Shown here: in pieces, positions 1 through 8,356 of the stretch | How positions within the stretch are numbered: the first letter of the stretch is position 1 | Layout of the letters: every line of letters begins with the position of its first letter | Virus record (IMG/VR): IMGVR_UViG_3300017917_000601 | Coordinates: 1 to 64,000 of that record | Length of the DNA: 64,000 nt | From: a virus | Direction: 5' to 3' (one strand) | Program-made: the position numbers and the translations under genes | Notes under the pieces: generated by a model | Database searches by the model: none | Told to the model about the DNA's origin: nothing | Seen by the model: only the letters and a program-made list of their open reading frames with translations

Positions 1-14
1 GGATCTGAGTACTG

Positions 15-22
15 TATTTATA
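15..22 (-). promoter_or_regulatory. T4-type late promoter TATAAATA for a gene beyond the left edge
   Basis: tatttata on + strand is an exact TATAAATA on - strand, downstream of the 161-aa ORF. Confidence 0.5.
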
Positions 23-30
23 GGCTAGCT

Positions 31-131
31 GTTCGCGGAACGCTAGTTCGCGTTTTACCGCTTGCCGCTTCGCGGATTTGTAATTTTACCGCGCTTCGCG
101 ATTGTCAGAATCTGCCGTGTCCGCTTCGCGG
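31..131. repeat. Cluster of five TTCGCG units, three forming GCGAAGC mini-hairpins on the - strand
   Basis: ccgcttcgcgg at 65-75 and 121-131, cgcttcgcg at 92-100, gttcgcg near 31 and 46. Confidence 0.7.
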
Positions 132-571
132 TAGTAGTACTCGTAGTTGACCGAGGTTTCATTCTCACGACGTACACGAGCACCGTTCTTTAGGTGGAAT
201 CTGCGGGCCATTTCTGTTTGGGGACTTAGCGTTACAATACCCTTGATGTTTTGGTATTCTGCACGTAGCCAGTTTGCAGCCTCTTTTAGTAACTGTTGAC
301 CTGCACCAGGGCTATAACTCCAAATAGTGTAGAATACTGCTACATCCTTGTCGTGTGGCATGTCTTTGAGGTCTTGCTCAGTTGAGGGAACGTCTTTGAG
401 CCACTGCATACAGGTCACAGCTAGGATTTGATCTTCGGCTTTGAGCATCAGTATCTCTGCGGCTTCATTGATACGCTGTTCCAAGGGAATGTGCGGACGA
501 ACTGGGTCGTCTTTGATTTTATCCACTAATGGATCGTCGAGTGTGCGTAAGTGATAGAGTTCCATGGCCAT
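86..571 (-). CDS. GNAT-fold protein resembling the malonyl-CoA decarboxylase catalytic core
   Basis: VAVFYTIWSY-x-PGAGQQLLK...GIVTLSP...RRFHLKNG pattern. Confidence 0.5.
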   Translation of the reverse strand: MAMELYHLRTLDDPLVDKIKDDPVRPHIPLEQRINEAAEILMLKAEDQILAVTCMQWLKDVPSTEQDLKDMPHDKDVAVFYTIWSYSPGAGQQLLKEAANWLRAEYQNIKGIVTLSPQTEMARRFHLKNGARVRRENETSVNYEYYYREADTADSDNREAR

Positions 572-620
572 TTTCCCTGAGTTATATGCGTATTTATTAT
601 TTTAACATAAAACACGCATA

Positions 621-2054
621 TTACTCAAGGTCATCGCCCGGCAGGTTGTTCAAAAGTTCACGTAGCTTGCTGGATTCCACTTTGGCAGTTACTTTGGGCA
701 CTGCCGCACCTAACACTGGGCTGATTTCGCCAGTTGAGCTGTCCACAACAGTTTGACGCTGTTTAATCTGATTCAGTAGGCTAGTACCGGCGCTGGCTGA
801 GCCCGATCCATAACCATCTTCTTCAGCTAGGTCTGTGATGCGCAGGCTGTCAATGTTAAACTCTAGATCAATCTTCTGTCCAACACCACTGCTAGAACGT
901 GTCTTCATCAACTGAATTTGATAGCGGCCACGCTCACGCATAGCACGGCTAGTAAAGATACCAAACACGTTATCTGCTGTTTGAATCTTACTCAAACCGC
1001 CCGAAATGTGACTGTGATCAAATTCAACTTCTTCAACAGCACCTCGGTTTAACTGTGCGGCTGTTACGCAGATACAGTTCTTTTCCATGGCTAGATTACG
1101 CAATTCTTCTGACACATACTTGTCCTTGACGAACAGATTTTCTGCTGAAATCTTCTTGCCAATAGGCATCAACAAGTCCAAGTAGTCTACTAGCAGTACG
1201 TCTACTTTACGATCCATCTTGATTTCATACTCTTTCATGTATGAACGTAGATCGTTTACAGTCTTACCACTTGGCATATATTTGACCTGGAACTGTCCAC
1301 TCTTCTTGCCAATCATCTTAACCTTCATCTCAACGTCATCAATGTTCTTGAAAACGTCCTTGGTTGGCATGCCTGTAAGCATAGCATCCATACGCATACT
1401 CACTAGTTCTTCACTAAGTTCAAGACTTAGATAAACAACGTTCAAGCCCTGTAATGCCCAGTTCAAGCCCAAGTTTGCTAAGAATAGCGATTTACCTGCA
1501 CCAGATCCACCTGCAAAGATGTTTAGTTCACCTCTGTTCATTCCCCCAAACAGTTTGTCGTCGATAGCCTTCCAGCCTGTTGAAATCTGGCCGTTCTTGT
1601 CCTTGATCTTCATTAGGCGTTCACGTGGGCTGGCAAAGTAGTCTGTGCCCATGTCTTTCTGTAGACCAATCTGTACAGCTTTTTTGATTTTTTCTTCTAC
1701 TGAACCATACTCACCTTTTTCCAGCATGTCAGCTGATTCAAGAATAGCACGTTCTAATCCCTTGTGACGAGTAAATGTTTCGAAGTCGTTGAGCAACCAG
1801 TCATAGTGTTCTTCGCGTAGAGCACTGGGCACCTTAAAGTCAGCACCAGTGGCCGCATTAACGATTGTTTCTGTGGGAACTACGTTATGCTCTTTAACAT
1901 AGTTGTTGATAAACTCTGCGGCTGTCTGTAGTTTGCGATCAAATAGCGTGTGATCAAAAATTGCCTGACAGCGACTAAATGTTGCGGCATCAGCCAGCAT
2001 CATTTCCAAATAAACTTTTTGAATATCGTATCCGTAGTCTGTGTTCTGTTTCAT
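621..2054 (-). CDS. gp41: Replicative DnaB-like (SF4) helicase, T4 gp41-like
   Basis: Walker A GGSGAGKS, LSLELSE, Walker B LLVDYLDL, TAAQLNR, MKTR motifs. Confidence 0.93.
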   Translation of the reverse strand: MKQNTDYGYDIQKVYLEMMLADAATFSRCQAIFDHTLFDRKLQTAAEFINNYVKEHNVVPTETIVNAATGADFKVPSALREEHYDWLLNDFETFTRHKGLERAILESADMLEKGEYGSVEEKIKKAVQIGLQKDMGTDYFASPRERLMKIKDKNGQISTGWKAIDDKLFGGMNRGELNIFAGGSGAGKSLFLANLGLNWALQGLNVVYLSLELSEELVSMRMDAMLTGMPTKDVFKNIDDVEMKVKMIGKKSGQFQVKYMPSGKTVNDLRSYMKEYEIKMDRKVDVLLVDYLDLLMPIGKKISAENLFVKDKYVSEELRNLAMEKNCICVTAAQLNRGAVEEVEFDHSHISGGLSKIQTADNVFGIFTSRAMRERGRYQIQLMKTRSSSGVGQKIDLEFNIDSLRITDLAEEDGYGSGSASAGTSLLNQIKQRQTVVDSSTGEISPVLGAAVPKVTAKVESSKLRELLNNLPGDDLE

Positions 2055-2060
2055 CTGTAT

Positions 2061-2066
2061 ATTATA
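2061..2066 (-). promoter_or_regulatory. sigma70-type -10 element 6 nt upstream of helicase ATG
   Basis: TATAAT-atacag-ATG, no SD; -35 is weak (TTAGAG). Confidence 0.5.
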
Positions 2067-2073
2067 CTATCTC

Positions 2074-3531
2074 TCAATTGAAAACTCTAACTTTATGTTG
2101 CCGTTCAAATTGTCTTGCATCTGCTAGATCATTTACCATTGGCAGTCCTTTGATGTTCAAACTGGTGTTTAGTAACATAGGACAGCCACTGCGAACTCGC
2201 CATTGTTCCAGTAGATCGTGTAGCTGTGGATTGTCTTCTTTTGATACTACCTGTACGCGACTAGTACCATCTTGATGCACAATACCGGGATATGTATTGG
2301 GTGTTTTACATCTAACTGCGTACTGCATGTATCTATGATCGCCAACTAGATCAAAATATCTGTGAGCTTGTTCTGCTGTGATTACAGGAGCAAATGGTCT
2401 AAAATCTTGGCGCTGTTTAATTTTATTGACGATCTGTTTGATATTGCTACCCCGGGGATCTGCTAATAAACTTCTATTGCCCAACGCTCTAGGACCAAAC
2501 TCAGCAGGGCCACGAGCAACACCACAGATATGATGTTCAAGTAGCCAGTCTACAATCTCAGTGTTTGTGTTTCTATAGCCCATGTCGTAGCCTAGATACG
2601 GACCAGTCCATTCTATATGTTGGTTAGTGTGTGCCAGTACAGCACCAACACTAGACCCAGCATCGCCTGGATTAGGCATAATCCAAACGCTGTCAAAGTA
2701 TTTGTGTGCTAGATGGTTAGCACTACAGTTAAGAGCGCAACCTCCCATCAACACTAGGTTCTTCATGCCTGTTAGTGTTCTAGCACGATCTAGGGCATGT
2801 TCAAACATTGTTTCGTAGATAAACTGTGTTGCGGCTGCCAGATCAAAGTAATCTGATACTGGTATTTCGCCTGAACGCCAATCCATACATCCGCGATGTA
2901 AATTTTTTGTAAATTTAAAGCCTGCAGGATCTTTGACAAAGTATTCCATCATTTCTTGGAAGTATTTGAACTTGTCTCCGTATGCGGACATGCCCATTAG
3001 AATGTATTCATCTTCTAAAGGTTTAAGGCTTAGGCGTTGTGTCATGGCACTATAGAACAGGCCGATGCTATTTGGATACCACTTGCTGTAGACTTTCTTT
3101 AGACGATTGCCTTCAGCAGACCAAATAGTCAGTGTTTCAAATTCGCCAATTGCATCTATAACCAACACTGCGGCTTGATCAAATTTACTGGTAAAATAGC
3201 CTGCTGCCGCATGACTTCTGTGATGCGTAGTCTGTACTACAGGTGCATTGATTTCGTATCTAGCTAGATATATGTCTAGATTGTTATCACGAAGTTTTAG
3301 ACCCTGGCCTGCATATAGTTGTCTAAGTGTTTTTAGTCTAGTGTTTTCGTACCAATAGACCTGTTCAGGCTGACCAAAGTGTTTGGCGTAAGCAACTAGT
3401 TCTCGGCAGAGGTCTCGATCATTCTTTTGCTTGCTGAACCGTTCACTGTGGCTGGCAAACACCAGTTGGTTATCATCGAATACAGCCAGTGCCGCATCGT
3501 GGCTGTTAGCACTAATTCCCCATTTAATCAT
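2074..3531 (-). CDS. O-carbamoyltransferase (NodU/CmcH/TobZ family)
   Basis: HDAA...ERFSKQK, HHRSHAA, GGCALN, PNPGDAG, EFGPRALGNRSLLADP, RPFAP, LNTSLN: full Kae1-like plus YrdC-like motif set. Confidence 0.95.
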   Translation of the reverse strand: MIKWGISANSHDAALAVFDDNQLVFASHSERFSKQKNDRDLCRELVAYAKHFGQPEQVYWYENTRLKTLRQLYAGQGLKLRDNNLDIYLARYEINAPVVQTTHHRSHAAAGYFTSKFDQAAVLVIDAIGEFETLTIWSAEGNRLKKVYSKWYPNSIGLFYSAMTQRLSLKPLEDEYILMGMSAYGDKFKYFQEMMEYFVKDPAGFKFTKNLHRGCMDWRSGEIPVSDYFDLAAATQFIYETMFEHALDRARTLTGMKNLVLMGGCALNCSANHLAHKYFDSVWIMPNPGDAGSSVGAVLAHTNQHIEWTGPYLGYDMGYRNTNTEIVDWLLEHHICGVARGPAEFGPRALGNRSLLADPRGSNIKQIVNKIKQRQDFRPFAPVITAEQAHRYFDLVGDHRYMQYAVRCKTPNTYPGIVHQDGTSRVQVVSKEDNPQLHDLLEQWRVRSGCPMLLNTSLNIKGLPMVNDLADARQFERQHKVRVFN

Positions 3532-3644
3532 TTGTAGATAAAAGGATCCCGTTTGCGTAGCTCTTCTAGTCTTTTTTTAACTAGTCTACGTGTTCGAATA
3601 TAACCAATGGGGTTTTTAATAAAGTTCCAAAGTTTATGTAGCAT
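3528..3644 (-). CDS. 38-aa basic peptide (not in ORF track) MLHKLWNFIKNPIGYIRTRRLVKKRLEELRKRDPFIYK
   Basis: Translated by hand; fills the primase-carbamoyltransferase gap, overlaps the primase stop and shares an ATGA junction with the carbamoyltransferase. Confidence 0.75.
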   Translation of the reverse strand: MLHKLWNFIKNPIGYIRTRRLVKKRLEELRKRDPFIYK

Positions 3645-4638
3645 CTGTTTCCTTAAACCATTTTTTGGCCTTTAACTGTATCTTAAGACTGTTTGACTCT
3701 GTGGCTTCTATGATCATCCATAGTGTAGCCAGTCTCCCTAACTTTCTTACAGCGTCATTGACGTCTTTTACACCGTCTGGCCAGTCTGGCATACTTACCG
3801 ACCAGCCATATTCGATTGCTTGTTCAACTGTTCTTGGACCTTCGTGATCTCTGTCAGGCACAAGTATAATTTCTTTACCTAGTTGTTTTAACAGCCAGTT
3901 TTGACTGTCTTTGATCTCAGCACCAAGTAACGCACATCCATCAATACTTAGCGCATCAAATGGACCTTCACAGACGATCACGAATTTTCGATTATAAGAC
4001 TGTCTGTCTAAGTTAAACACATATCCAGGTTGCTGTTCACTGATGTATTTGGGTTTTGCATCGTTGATAGCTCTAGCGGTGTATCCCACACAGACTCCGT
4101 CTTTATAAAACGGGATTATCACACGATTTTTAAATCCAATCTTATTAGTCCAATAATACGGATAACCGTAAGGATCTAAACTTCTGTTGTTTCTTAGATA
4201 ACAGAAAACATTTATTAGTTCCTGATCTGTGTTTTCCCAACCCTGTAACTCGATCCAAGTGCTCCACTCTTCTAAACTTTTTGCATCCATAGGTAATGCA
4301 CGTTCTTCAAATTTAGGAACTACTTGTCTTACTTGTGTGTTTGAGTTTTCGTTTAGTCTTAGAGCTTCTAGTCTAAGCTGACTGATAATGTCGTCTGGGA
4401 TATTCAGCAAGCGCATGAGCTTGCTCATTTTTTGACTTACAGTCCTACCGGGTTGCCAACTAGCTTTGAATCCACAGTTAAAACAGTGATAAGATAAGGC
4501 TTCGTCGCCGTTTTTAATAAAGCCGCCACGTTGCCTCTTGTCATTACAACAAGGTGCGTTAAAACTTATCCATCCGCTTGGAGTTTGTTTGCGTTTAGCA
4601 GGAAGGTAAGATAAGATTGTGTCTGCTATGAAGCCCAT
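3634..4638 (-). CDS. gp61: DNA primase (Zn-binding plus TOPRIM), T4 gp61-like
   Basis: N-terminal CC...HCFNC, RVIIPF...GYTAR, KY, VCEGPFDA, DRD. Confidence 0.88.
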   Translation of the reverse strand: MGFIADTILSYLPAKRKQTPSGWISFNAPCCNDKRQRGGFIKNGDEALSYHCFNCGFKASWQPGRTVSQKMSKLMRLLNIPDDIISQLRLEALRLNENSNTQVRQVVPKFEERALPMDAKSLEEWSTWIELQGWENTDQELINVFCYLRNNRSLDPYGYPYYWTNKIGFKNRVIIPFYKDGVCVGYTARAINDAKPKYISEQQPGYVFNLDRQSYNRKFVIVCEGPFDALSIDGCALLGAEIKDSQNWLLKQLGKEIILVPDRDHEGPRTVEQAIEYGWSVSMPDWPDGVKDVNDAVRKLGRLATLWMIIEATESNSLKIQLKAKKWFKETDAT

Positions 4639-4643
4639 AGCAT

Positions 4644-4673
4644 ATTATACTTAACTTACAGTGATTTTGTCAA
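4644..4673 (-). promoter_or_regulatory. Consensus sigma70 promoter for the primase operon
   Basis: TTGACA-18 nt-TATAAT, then 5 nt to ATG. Confidence 0.8.
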
Positions 4674-5757
4674 CACTTCCGGTAATATTCTTTCCAGAAA
4701 CAATGTATGTGCCAGTTCCAGAAATTGCTGTGCCAGACCATGATACAGCTGATACTGAGCTTACAGAGTAGCTCGAAGGATAATTGCTAGACTGTCCATC
4801 AACTGCTGTAACTGTAATAATCAAATCATGTGTTACATTGGCTCCGCCAACTTCACTGCCAAACACTTTAATTTGGCTACCAACAGCGTACCCAGTTCCG
4901 CCTGTTCGAACTTTAACATCATAGGATCCGTTATTGTTAGTAACAGTGAACTGAGCACCTACACCATTGGCTTTAGGTGTAGTGTATGCAATTCTAAAAT
5001 ATTTAAAATCACCAACGGGTATATTTGTGTTGGCGTTTACGTCAGGAGTCCAAGTACCAGTAAAGTCTGTAAATGTTTGACTGTCAATAATAGTTGAGCC
5101 CTTCCATGCTTCGGCATTAAGCGTACTTTGTTTAGTAGCTTGTAACCAAATTGATCCAGTAAAGCCGGACATATTAACTGCAAAAGAATGACTAGCTGTA
5201 GGTATTGCTTCGTAATAGGTTACAGGGATAGCACTTGAACGATATGTAGGAATACCAGACAAATCAATTTCAGCTGTAAAGTCTGTAAACTCCCTAGAGC
5301 CACGCACCGTAGGAACGGCATCGCCTACTAGTTCTAAAACGCCAACTGCACCAAATCGTGTGTCAGCATACAGTATTGTGTCAGCACCGTTCTTAAGACA
5401 GGTAACGCTATATTTTAGATATTGTGGGGACAAACTTGCAAGATCGGTATCAGGAATAGTTACTGTTGCTAGGCCTTTGCCTGTAGTTGTTTGATTAGCG
5501 GCAGGTGTAACTGTATAAGGACTGTTTGGGAGTTTTTTGCCACTAGCATCCATAACGTTCATGCGAAGGTTAGTTAATGCGGTGAGGTCGATACGCTTTT
5601 GGTCGGCGTTCTTGATATCGAACTCTATAAGATTATCGATACCTTTATAAATTTTTAAATTTCTCTGATACACGTTAGTAAACTCCACGTTGAAAGTAGC
5701 CACATCTGCTAATAGCTCGATTCTATTTGGATATAAATATTGTGAGATTTTTTGCAT
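4651..5757 (-). CDS. Putative virion structural protein (beta-rich)
   Basis: Thr/Ser/Gly rich; contains the GxGY..G..I...G...GG....D module also seen in the giant tail proteins; CATAAATA upstream. Confidence 0.55.
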   Translation of the reverse strand: MQKISQYLYPNRIELLADVATFNVEFTNVYQRNLKIYKGIDNLIEFDIKNADQKRIDLTALTNLRMNVMDASGKKLPNSPYTVTPAANQTTTGKGLATVTIPDTDLASLSPQYLKYSVTCLKNGADTILYADTRFGAVGVLELVGDAVPTVRGSREFTDFTAEIDLSGIPTYRSSAIPVTYYEAIPTASHSFAVNMSGFTGSIWLQATKQSTLNAEAWKGSTIIDSQTFTDFTGTWTPDVNANTNIPVGDFKYFRIAYTTPKANGVGAQFTVTNNNGSYDVKVRTGGTGYAVGSQIKVFGSEVGGANVTHDLIITVTAVDGQSSNYPSSYSVSSVSAVSWSGTAISGTGTYIVSGKNITGSVDKITVS

Positions 5758-5784
5758 ATTGGCATTTGTCCTTATACTATATTT

Positions 5785-6159
5785 ATGGCAAAATTAAGAG
5801 ATAACATAGAACAGAACCTACCATTTATAAGCGTTTTAAACTACGGCGAGGAAGAGTACGTAGGCATTATTATCAATCAAGACCAGTATGTTACTAGTTT
5901 TTACGATTTGAACGCAATAAAAACTACCGAAGAAAAGACGCTATTCTTAGAAATAGGCGAAACTTGGTGGTGGGAAAGTAATCGTCAGTTTCCTATTAAC
6001 ATTATCTGTAGAGATCAAATACAGCCCTTTGCCTATGCTATTAAAACCTTTAACAGCAAAGATGTGCGTATTATTTTAGGTCCAGTAGTTAACCTTATGA
6101 ACTTAACTATGAAACGAGTTAAACGTAAGAGCGTCCAACTAGTAAGAAAAACTCGTTAA
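5785..6159 (+). CDS. Hypothetical protein (start corrected to MAKLRD)
   Basis: Only ORF occupying this interval; TATACT 6 nt before the ATG and TATAAATA at 5732-5739. Confidence 0.75.
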   Translation: MAKLRDNIEQNLPFISVLNYGEEEYVGIIINQDQYVTSFYDLNAIKTTEEKTLFLEIGETWWWESNRQFPINIICRDQIQPFAYAIKTFNSKDVRIILGPVVNLMNLTMKRVKRKSVQLVRKTR

Positions 6160-6737
6160 TTATACCCGTAGCTAATCTGCTCACAGATTAAATTCATCTG
6201 TACTACAATCACATGTGCATACGCTACCGCATGTGCTTTCTTAAAGTAGTACTCACCGTTCGTCGGCTTCTCCCAAATCGTCTGCCCAATCTCTGTCCAA
6301 GTCTTCCCAACTAGATGTCTCTTTGCTGGGCGGATTAAAGCGAGACACATTGCCAATTCTTCTATAGAACTTGGCTTCATCTGTTTCAATAAGCTCCCAT
6401 GCCCATTTACGTGGAATAGTAAATCCGTGAAATCGTCTTGAAGTAGTAGATCCCATAGTGGTTCCGTATTCATTAGTTGTAGTAGATGCTCTCTACTCTT
6501 TACACCTTCATATACACTTACATTTAAGAAGTCAATCTTAAAATAACCTCTAGCTTCTGCTTCATTATAATCTATTGTACTTAATCCAGTGATAGGATTG
6601 TACGGGATAGAAGTACAATATATGCCGGTATTGTGCTTTTTAAAAGTTCCATTGTCCTCTTTAATAGCCGCAGTGACATGCTCAAAATGTTCGAGTGCCT
6701 TGTTTCTATCAGCAAAGTCAATATCAATATCTGGCAT
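6156..6737 (-). CDS. Miniature DNA polymerase III alpha (DnaE, C-family)-like protein
   Basis: PDIDIDF, KHNTG, GYFKIDFL, LALIRP, YYFKKAHAVAY match the DnaE palm/finger motifs in order. Confidence 0.85.
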   Translation of the reverse strand: MPDIDIDFADRNKALEHFEHVTAAIKEDNGTFKKHNTGIYCTSIPYNPITGLSTIDYNEAEARGYFKIDFLNVSVYEGVKSREHLLQLMNTEPLWDLLLQDDFTDLLFHVNGHGSLLKQMKPSSIEELAMCLALIRPAKRHLVGKTWTEIGQTIWEKPTNGEYYFKKAHAVAYAHVIVVQMNLICEQISYGYN

Positions 6738-6928
6738 TAGTGTTGTGTCCCTGATTCAAATAACATTAACGGAAGTGTTTCGGTAAGATAGTCTGCATAC
6801 TGTTCTGCATGTTCAATGTCATCAAATCCTGTAAATTTTACATAGACTGAGTTATCTTCCTCAACTACAATAACTTGTAGACCTAGTTCTGTTGCATCTG
6901 GGTTGGGGTTTACGTGATTAGGGTTCAT
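6737..6928 (-). CDS. Small acidic hypothetical protein
   Basis: Start/stop overlaps with both neighbours. Confidence 0.65.
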   Translation of the reverse strand: MNPNHVNPNPDATELGLQVIVVEEDNSVYVKFTGFDDIEHAEQYADYLTETLPLMLFESGTQH

Positions 6929-7617
6929 ATGTTTGATTCCTTGACTACTTGCTTGACTAGTTCTACATCAGCTGGCAACTTTTTAAACTTGTTAAGCCAG
7001 TATGGTAGATCCATAATAGTACTTATTGCTTGAAGTTGCTCATCGTTGAATTTCTTCAGCATTTCCTTCCCATTTTTAGAATTTAATAACAGCCAAGGAC
7101 TAATTTTACCATCTTTAACATCAAACACTGCTCTACTAAGACTTACATAAAGGAAGTAATGATTCCACTGTGCTTGGTTGCTTTCTGCCCAAGTCATCAT
7201 ATGCTTAATACTTCTTTCTAATGCTGTTTCGACTCGTTCAGTTTTAACAAGGTCCACAACGTATTTGTCGTACAACTCATCCCTACACCAATGATCAAGT
7301 TTAACACCACTACGAATTACATAGTCAATGAACTTGTCTGGATAGAGGGGATTTACATTACTAACAAAACTACCAAACTTTACAAATGCATTATAGTAAG
7401 GACTTTTTGCAAATTCATCATATGTTTTTTCGCCTTTAAGATTCTGACTTAATTTAAAAAATCTGTTGAAGGCGTCAAATCCTAGTACAACATGTCTTTC
7501 TGTTTTAGCTAAATGTCTGCGTTTCTGTTCGCAAACATGCACCATCAAAGTTTTCTCTTTTGAAAACTTATGCTTACAAAATTGACAAGTAAATACACCT
7601 TCTACCAATGCCATCAT
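6925..7617 (-). CDS. Hypothetical protein with N-terminal C2H2/C2HC-like zinc finger
   Basis: FTCQFCKHKFSKEKTLMVHVC. Confidence 0.7.
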   Translation of the reverse strand: MMALVEGVFTCQFCKHKFSKEKTLMVHVCEQKRRHLAKTERHVVLGFDAFNRFFKLSQNLKGEKTYDEFAKSPYYNAFVKFGSFVSNVNPLYPDKFIDYVIRSGVKLDHWCRDELYDKYVVDLVKTERVETALERSIKHMMTWAESNQAQWNHYFLYVSLSRAVFDVKDGKISPWLLLNSKNGKEMLKKFNDEQLQAISTIMDLPYWLNKFKKLPADVELVKQVVKESNI

Positions 7618-8093
7618 TTTAATTTCTTTGCAATAAGGGAGTCTTCCATACCGTAGCGTTTAGCAAGATCCTTAATGTCTTTGTCAGTTACCATTGAAGC
7701 AAGCAATTCGATCTCATCCATCTTCTTTTGCGGATATAGTTCAGCTAAGAATTTTACTTTTTTACTATCACTGCCTGCTTTTTTCTTGTGACCAATCCAT
7801 TCGTGATAGAATCTAGTATTGCCGTCGTAACTGCACATACACAATAGTAACCACAACAGCTTAGGATGTTTTTGCAAAACATTCCAATGTTTGTTAAAGT
7901 ATTCGTTTACGGTAAGAACAAAATGTTGTTGAACTTCTTTGTTAGAAGACTTGGCATTACTGATATATCTGTTTAGAATAAAAAATTCCTGTTTAAGACT
8001 TTTTTGCTGATCAGCATCCATGGCGTCCCATAGTTCTCGGACGTTCTCATCAACTGCGGCAATCTTTTCTTTTAGTTCTATTTTTTCACTCAT
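7614..8093 (-). CDS. Probable clamp-loader small subunit, T4 gp62-like
   Basis: FILNRYIS...VNEYFN...LLWLLL...FYHEWIGHKKK pattern, size and replication context. Confidence 0.55.
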   Translation of the reverse strand: MSEKIELKEKIAAVDENVRELWDAMDADQQKSLKQEFFILNRYISNAKSSNKEVQQHFVLTVNEYFNKHWNVLQKHPKLLWLLLCMCSYDGNTRFYHEWIGHKKKAGSDSKKVKFLAELYPQKKMDEIELLASMVTDKDIKDLAKRYGMEDSLIAKKLK

Positions 8094-8356
8094 AGTGGCT
8101 TGTCTTTGCTTAAACGATATATCATTATAGCATTATCTAAGGCTTTCTGTAAAGCCTTATTGGTTTTTGCTTCTCTCCGAATTTCGCCCCAAAGTTTGTC
8201 TTCGAGTAAATGATCCCTTAATGGTCTACCGTCAGCAGTTCTAGCATCATAGTTCCAGCCAATCGGTTTCCTTTCAGTTGATCCCTGTTCTCTAGCATAG
8301 ACAACATCATCTACTCGTTCGTAGATGTATGTGGCACCTGGTTTAAGACTTCCCAT
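8090..8356 (-). CDS. Hypothetical protein (probable start MGSLKP)
   Basis: Co-oriented, ATGA overlap with the downstream gene. Confidence 0.7.
   Translation of the reverse strand: MGSLKPGATYIYERVDDVVYAREQGSTERKPIGWNYDARTADGRPLRDHLLEDKLWGEIRREAKTNKALQKALDNAIMIYRLSKDKPL

Noticed and set aside
31-131. CRISPR array or tRNA
   Set aside because: Repeats are only 6-11 nt with irregular spacing, and there is no cloverleaf; no intergenic gap in the window shows tRNA or CRISPR structure
6156-6737. Mini-DnaE as a pseudogene fragment
   Set aside because: Motifs spread over hundreds of residues in DnaE are condensed in one clean ORF with a coupled start; no flanking remnants are visible
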